Positions 59,178 to 64,000 of a stretch of 64,000 bases of DNA are shown here, piece by piece. The notes beneath the pieces were generated by a model that did not search any database, was not told the origin of the DNA, and saw only the letters and a list, made by a program, of their open reading frames with translations. The translations under genes and the position numbers were made by a program. This stretch comes from a virus. The DNA lies in the IMG/VR virus record IMGVR_UViG_3300025151_000023, positions 21,743 through 85,742 of that record; one strand, given 5' to 3'. How positions within the stretch are numbered: position 1 is the first letter of the stretch; the number at the start of each line of letters is the position of its first letter.

Positions 59178-60044
59178 ATGACAAACCCACTACAAAATTA
59201 TTTTCGTAAGCCGGAAATTTATATCAAACTACCTTCACAAGGCAGATGGTATCCACCTGGCACAGTTACACTCAACGAAGCAGGTGAAGTTGGCGTAATG
59301 CCGATGACTGCACGTGATGAAATGATTGTGCGTACTCCTGATGCCCTGTTAAACGGACAAGCAACTGTTGAACTTATCAAATCCTGTGTGCCGGACATCA
59401 CAGAACCTTGGTCTATGCCCCAAATGGATATAGACACAGTTTTAGTAGGCATTAGAATTGCTACCTATGGCAATGCCATGGCGCTTACTACAATGCCTCC
59501 AGGGTCTAATGTTTCGCAAGAAATGAATTTGGATTTGAACCAATTGGTTGCAATGATTAAAATTGGTGACTACAATGATACATGTGTGTTATCAAATGGT
59601 TTGCAAATTAAAACCAAACCAGGCGATTATAGGGCATTTACTCAATCTGCATTGAAGACATATGAAGAACAACGCATGTTGAGAACTATCAACAGCAGTG
59701 ACATTTCCGAATCGGACAAAGTAAACAAATTTACTAAAATTTTTACTGATTTAAGCAACATGACTGTGGATGTTATGGCCAGAGGCATTATGCAAATTGT
59801 AACACCGGAAGGTGAAACAGTTACTGATGTTAAACACATTCATGATTTTGTGTACAACATGGATACAAAAATAGCAGATGAATTGAAAGCTCACATCAGT
59901 GCTAACGCAGAAATTGGCAAGATTCCGCCAATACAAGTTCAATCCACAGAAGAGCAAATCAAGGCAGGAGCACCTAGCACATACGAAACTGCTGTGTCGT
60001 TCGACAACAGCAATTTTTTCGCATACAGATCCTCTCGCTCTTAG
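59178..60044 (+). CDS. gp26: gp26-like baseplate hub / tail assembly protein
   Basis: YIKLPSQG, PMTARDE, TPDALLNG and DIDTVLVGIRIATYG motifs. Confidence 0.75.
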   Translation: MTNPLQNYFRKPEIYIKLPSQGRWYPPGTVTLNEAGEVGVMPMTARDEMIVRTPDALLNGQATVELIKSCVPDITEPWSMPQMDIDTVLVGIRIATYGNAMALTTMPPGSNVSQEMNLDLNQLVAMIKIGDYNDTCVLSNGLQIKTKPGDYRAFTQSALKTYEEQRMLRTINSSDISESDKVNKFTKIFTDLSNMTVDVMARGIMQIVTPEGETVTDVKHIHDFVYNMDTKIADELKAHISANAEIGKIPPIQVQSTEEQIKAGAPSTYETAVSFDNSNFFAYRSSRS

Positions 60045-60073
60045 AATCTGACCTCACTGCAAAATTCACAGAG

Positions 60074-60250
60074 ATGGAGAATGAAAACAAAAAACTAACA
60101 CACGATTTGTTGAAAATGTGTTGGTACATGCGTGGCTCTATCAGCATTGATCAAGCATATGCACTGGGTCCACAAGAACGCAAAATCATAGCCGACATTG
60201 TGAAAGACAACATGGAAACTGTGAAAAAAACTAAAATGCCACTATTATAA
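60074..60250 (+). CDS. gp51-like small ORF, probably translated as a -1 frameshift extension of gp26-like
   Basis: Manual translation MENENKKLTHDLLKMCWYMRGSISIDQAY...ER...; the -1 frame is open from 59978. Confidence 0.65.
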   Translation: MENENKKLTHDLLKMCWYMRGSISIDQAYALGPQERKIIADIVKDNMETVKKTKMPLL

Positions 60251-60258
60251 ATATTGTT

Positions 60259-60780
60259 ATGCGTTATAAAGAAGTGTTTGAACAAGATCCAGTAGGCACA
60301 GCAATAGCTCGTGCGGCAGGTCAATTGGCAAGCACAGTTGCTGACATTGATTTTACCAGTGACAGAACCACAGCAAAACAAGAACTGGCACAAGACTGGA
60401 ATCAACACTTTTCTGCACTGCTGAGAAAAGATCCTAGTGCAAGGGAACGATATGGTGTTGAATTTCAAAAATGGGCAAAGGAGTATGATCCTGCTGTGGC
60501 AACCAGAATATCGCCAACTCAAGTTGTAGCAGGTGGCAAGCCTGATCAAAAATATATGAACAAGGCATTGGATTTGATCTACAAATCTGCTAAACAGTAC
60601 CAAAAAAAGAAACAGAAATATGGAGCTGGCAACGTGGCCACTAAAAAAGATGATCCAGCAATGCCACGTGGCACCAAAGGAACAGGATCTGATGGTAAAG
60701 AATACACATGGCAAGGTCAACAATGGACTGACGCAAAAGGATCCATCAAACGCAAAAACATCGCAGTTTCTGTAACCTAG
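60259..60780 (+). CDS. Hypothetical late protein
   Basis: 173-aa ORF with TAAATA 5 nt upstream; C-terminal YTWQGQQW motif. Confidence 0.7.
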   Translation: MRYKEVFEQDPVGTAIARAAGQLASTVADIDFTSDRTTAKQELAQDWNQHFSALLRKDPSARERYGVEFQKWAKEYDPAVATRISPTQVVAGGKPDQKYMNKALDLIYKSAKQYQKKKQKYGAGNVATKKDDPAMPRGTKGTGSDGKEYTWQGQQWTDAKGSIKRKNIAVSVT

Positions 60781-60782
60781 AT

Positions 60783-61165
60783 CAGATTGGCTGACGCCAA
60801 TCGCTTTTCGCTTACGCTCAAGCCTTTTGTTTAACAAGCAGTTTTGCATCATGTAGATAGAGCAGTCATAATTCTGCTGTTACCAGCAGAACCATGGATA
60901 CATCATGTGAGTATCGCAGTCTTTAATCTCGCTACCGTAGTCGGGCGGTTGTGCTGTACCCGTTTGCTCATTCTAAACAACGCGACCTGCACACACCTAG
61001 ATTAAATTATTTGTGTGCAAGTTGAGGTTGCATCTTTTTCTTTGCAGTGCCTCATCATTGGAAATTGTTGCATCAAGGGATTCGCCTGTGTTGTTACACC
61101 GTAGTTCCCTGTTGAGTGAAGATGCTATATAGCCTGAAATGTTATGAAGTGCCTGAATGCCTAGC
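60783..61165 (-). ncRNA. Candidate large structured non-coding RNA (unassigned family)
   Basis: Only long intergenic gap in the window (~410 bp). Contains several hairpins whose GNRA loops and G-U pairs work only on the minus strand, plus an internal GACTGC-N7-ACATGATG direct repeat. Ends are approximate. Confidence 0.65.
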
Positions 61166-61191
61166 GTCAATATATACACATATAATCTGTT

Positions 61192-62127
61192 ATGGTCAAT
61201 CAAAATGAATTCAACGTGTGGAATCACTGGGATCCACTGAAAACTGTCATGCTGGCAACTCTGCCTAGTGCAGACTATTTTGCAAACATCAGGCTGTTCA
61301 GAAATCAACAACCATTGGTTGATATGTTGCAACAAACAGCAGATGATCTTGATAATCTACACAACACATTGGAAGAACATGGTGTGCATGTAAAAAGACA
61401 ACAACCTAACACAGACAAACGATTTGACCCTAGTTCTATTCCATACATTGACAAGCATTTGCAACCAAGGCCCAATCACAATTTTATGGTGTTGGGTAAT
61501 AATATGTGTAGCAACCATGATGGATATAGACTGATGGCACAATGGGACGAACACTTTCCTGACGCAGACAAATTGAGTACACAACCTTTGGCATGGTTTG
61601 AGCTGACAAAAATATTAGCAAGTATTCAACACAAAGTTAAATTTACCCAATGGATGATGTTGGGTAAACACTTGATTGCAAATTATACCACTAACGATAA
61701 ACAATACAAACACTGGATATTTGATCTAAGGCAATGGGTAAGCAAATGGATACCGAATGTGCGACTGCAACTGTTCAACATTGATAACATGTGGTTAACT
61801 ATTTGTAGACCTGGATACATTATTACTAATGTTAGTGATGACAAATTAAAAAAAGCATTTCCAGGATGGAAAATTTGGACTATGAAAGAACATGTGGACA
61901 TATTAATGATAGACAACAATACAGCATGTGTGACATCCAAATATGATAAAGAACTGTTTAAGTATCTGCATCAATTGGACATATTGCCCATACACACTCC
62001 TTTGCGACACACTGAAAGGTGGCACACAAACTTGCATTGGATGTACACAGAATTAGAACGTGTAGGCACCACTGTTGTTGATTACATTTATGGTCGCAAT
62101 GGTATTCCAAGGTTCACACTAGTATGA
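61192..62127 (+). CDS. Amidinotransferase-family (pentein) protein, degenerate active site
   Basis: WNHWDPLKTVM, GVHVKR, QPR..FMVLG motifs; C-terminal NLHW in place of GGxHC. Confidence 0.55.
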   Translation: MVNQNEFNVWNHWDPLKTVMLATLPSADYFANIRLFRNQQPLVDMLQQTADDLDNLHNTLEEHGVHVKRQQPNTDKRFDPSSIPYIDKHLQPRPNHNFMVLGNNMCSNHDGYRLMAQWDEHFPDADKLSTQPLAWFELTKILASIQHKVKFTQWMMLGKHLIANYTTNDKQYKHWIFDLRQWVSKWIPNVRLQLFNIDNMWLTICRPGYIITNVSDDKLKKAFPGWKIWTMKEHVDILMIDNNTACVTSKYDKELFKYLHQLDILPIHTPLRHTERWHTNLHWMYTELERVGTTVVDYIYGRNGIPRFTLV

Positions 62128-62876
62128 AGATATATTTTGATCACCTGTTTGGCAACACCACTGAATATGATGTGTTCAATAGCTTTGCTGTGGCAGAGGT
62201 TGATGTGGGCGAAGAAGATCAAGCACTTGCACAAGGATGGACGCCCATGGACGCCTATTTTTACACATTGAACAAGTTGCTATGGATCAATGTGCGAACC
62301 ACTAGATTGTGTTTACAAGATTGGACTTGGCGTAAAAAACACAGAAGGTTAAAACGCAATGGTGTAACACATAAGTTTATTCCAATCGGTGATCCCAATC
62401 CATACGACAGCGACTGTGATCGAGTGTACCATGCTTATTGCAAAGCTAAAGGATTCACAGACCACACCGGACACGTGATTGAAACTGATTTTAGTAACAA
62501 AGATTATTTTGTATACTTTGACGACAATCGTGTGATAGGGTATTCAGCAATCACTAGGTTTAAAGAAAGTGTCATTGCTGGAGAATTTGCATGGGACTAT
62601 GCCAATCCAAATCTACAAATAGGCAACTACAGTGTAAACATTGAAGCTGAACACTATCAAGGCATGGGCATCAAACATTACTACAATTCATATGCGTATC
62701 AATCAATTTGTCAGTACAAATGCAATTTCAACAACTTTGAATGGTGGACTGGCAGAGAATGGAGCACTGACAAAGATCTTTACAAAACACTACTAGCAAA
62801 AGATGATGAAGTTAAAACTTTTGCAGATCTACACAAGCACACAAAAGACTATTTCAAACTGTTGGGATATAATTAA
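62124..62876 (+). CDS. ATE/Bpt-like aminoacyl-tRNA--protein transferase
   Basis: ALAQGW, RTTRL, YHAYC..KGF, FAWDY..P.LQIG.YS...E, YYNSYAY...CQYK and FEWWTG motifs. Confidence 0.6.
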   Translation: MKIYFDHLFGNTTEYDVFNSFAVAEVDVGEEDQALAQGWTPMDAYFYTLNKLLWINVRTTRLCLQDWTWRKKHRRLKRNGVTHKFIPIGDPNPYDSDCDRVYHAYCKAKGFTDHTGHVIETDFSNKDYFVYFDDNRVIGYSAITRFKESVIAGEFAWDYANPNLQIGNYSVNIEAEHYQGMGIKHYYNSYAYQSICQYKCNFNNFEWWTGREWSTDKDLYKTLLAKDDEVKTFADLHKHTKDYFKLLGYN

Positions 62877-63376
62877 TCGTCAAAACGCCAATTTACTACA
62901 TCGTCTAAATTTTCTTTGGACCACTTGTTGTAGTATTTGCCTTGTTTTAAAATTTTTGAGAAACGGTTCAATCTTTCCAGCCTTTGAATTACTATCAACA
63001 CCAATTCACCATGATTCATTTGTACGCCGTCGATTGTTTCTATGTCCGCAGGATGGTCCTCCAATAACACCAAATCATGTCTTTTCATTTTGCGATTGAG
63101 TTCAGCTACTCTGGCATTCAAAATGCTGGGTGGAACAGCAGTAAATGATGACGCCACAATCACAGCTTCAAAACTATCATCCCATGCATTGCACTGTTTT
63201 TGGGCTGTGTTCCAAATTGCAACTTTTGATTCAACAATTTTGATTTTGTTTTGCATTCTAAATTGTCTTGCATAAGGACAGGGTGGTAGGTCACCAAAGG
63301 AAGGATGTGGTTTTTCTACGAATTTCTCCATCCAATTTACAATAGAATCGATTATTGGCTTTGAAGCTTCGTGCAT
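62873..63376 (-). CDS. Hypothetical protein (DUF1415-like PCPYA motif)
   Basis: WMEKFVE...PCPYA...DHP; start reassigned to ATG 63376 to avoid overlap with the GIY-YIG gene. Confidence 0.55.
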   Translation of the reverse strand: MHEASKPIIDSIVNWMEKFVEKPHPSFGDLPPCPYARQFRMQNKIKIVESKVAIWNTAQKQCNAWDDSFEAVIVASSFTAVPPSILNARVAELNRKMKRHDLVLLEDHPADIETIDGVQMNHGELVLIVIQRLERLNRFSKILKQGKYYNKWSKENLDDVVNWRFDD

Positions 63377-63398
63377 ACAGTATATACTAATATAAGAG

Positions 63399-63821
63399 AT
63401 GAAATTAGTCAATTGGACATATAAAAATAAAGTTGTGGATGAACTGCCTGAAGATTGTGTAGGCTTTGTGTATGAAATCACCAACACAGTGAATGGTCGC
63501 AAATATATTGGCAAAAAATTAGCCAAATTCAAACGATCGCGTAAACCTCTCAAAGGCAGAGTCAATAAACGCAGATACACAGTGGAAAGTGATTGGAAGG
63601 ATTATTTTGGCAGTAGTGATCAACTGTTGGCTGATGTAGAACAGCTAGGCAAAGACAAATTCAAACGTGAAATATTGTTCTATTGCAAATCCAAAGGAGA
63701 ATGCAATTACATCGAAGCCAGAGAACAATTTGCAAGAAAAGTGCTGGAATCAGATGACTATTACAATGGACACATTAGAGTGCGTGTGCATGGGTCAATA
63801 ATACAAAAGTCCAAAATTTAA
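63399..63821 (+). CDS. GIY-YIG family endonuclease
   Basis: GFVYEIT...KYIGKK, YFGSS, REIL, E and YYN motifs. Confidence 0.85.
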   Translation: MKLVNWTYKNKVVDELPEDCVGFVYEITNTVNGRKYIGKKLAKFKRSRKPLKGRVNKRRYTVESDWKDYFGSSDQLLADVEQLGKDKFKREILFYCKSKGECNYIEAREQFARKVLESDDYYNGHIRVRVHGSIIQKSKI

Positions 63822-63844
63822 AATATAAGTACAGTTGTAACCCA

Positions 63845-63879
63845 GTGTCATTGACACAGTTCACAATATCAGCTACAAT
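63845..63879 (+). promoter_or_regulatory. sigma70 promoter with palindromic operator over the -35
   Basis: TTGACA(63851)-N17-TACAAT(63874); GTGTCA-T-TGACAC palindrome at 63845-63857. Confidence 0.7.
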
Positions 63880-63939
63880 CTAACAACATTAAAGGAGATT
63901 TATGGATTTCGTTTTGAAATTTCCATGGGTCACACACCT

Positions 63940-64000
63940 ATGGAAATAATAGTTTTACTTGCAGGCATAGTCTACGGACTAATCATAGGCCTTATTCCAG
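63940..64000 (+). CDS. N-terminus of a TctA-like tripartite tricarboxylate transporter membrane subunit (partial)
   Basis: MEIIVLLAGIVYGLIIGLIP resembles the TctA GxxxGxxPG start; only 20 codons are visible. Confidence 0.45.
   Translation, partial: MEIIVLLAGIVYGLIIGLIP

Noticed and set aside
60783-61165. Identification as group I intron, tmRNA, RNase P or CRISPR array
   Set aside because: It does not interrupt a gene, and I see no P7 R/S core, tRNA-like Ala ends or GAGGAAAGUCC motif. There are only two short repeats with 7-nt cores and no cas genes.
60151-61335. Minus-strand ORFs 60151-60852 and 60997-61335 crossing the structured region
   Set aside because: They overlap credible plus-strand genes, have atypical composition and lack SDs or motifs; the region is better explained as non-coding RNA.
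63399-63821. GIY-YIG gene as a mobile homing endonuclease
   Set aside because: Single catalytic domain with no DNA-binding extension and no intron context; more consistent with a resident phage nuclease.

Overview
AT-rich (roughly 35% GC by eye) segment of a large T4-superfamily myovirus genome, most likely a marine phage. From recollection, the major capsid protein resembles the Rak2/GAP32-type jumbo phage capsids. The ferredoxin, TctA-like and DUF3563-like genes hint at a proteobacterial host (inference). The window holds four modules. (i) A truncated UvsW helicase is followed by a ~17 kb glycan-building island: GT8/GT25/GT-A and KpsS-like transferases, a ColD-type PLP dehydratase, an NDP-sugar epimerase, FkbM, SGNH, a sulfotransferase and an AsnB-like amidotransferase. 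(ii) A tRNA locus carries Thr, Ala and an aberrant Leu-like tRNA, plus a 7Fe ferredoxin. (iii) Recombination genes uvsY, uvsX and gp32 follow. (iv) The morphogenesis module covers terminase, gp4, tube, sheath, neck gp13/14/15, fibres, MCP, scaffold, protease, portal, tape measure and gp26-like, and ends in accessory genes. The most notable unexplained signals are these: a ~380-nt highly structured minus-strand ncRNA candidate with a bipartite internal repeat (60783-61165); a tRNA-Leu with an 8-bp anticodon arm in a genome that also encodes a Bpt/ATE-like aminoacyl-tRNA protein transferase; a ~50-nt GC-rich tRNA-like/switch element directly behind that tRNA; a predicted -1 frameshift fusing the gp26-like and gp51-like ORFs; pervasive near-leaderless late promoters; and a possible virion-glycosylation system. 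All product calls come from motif recognition, not database searches.
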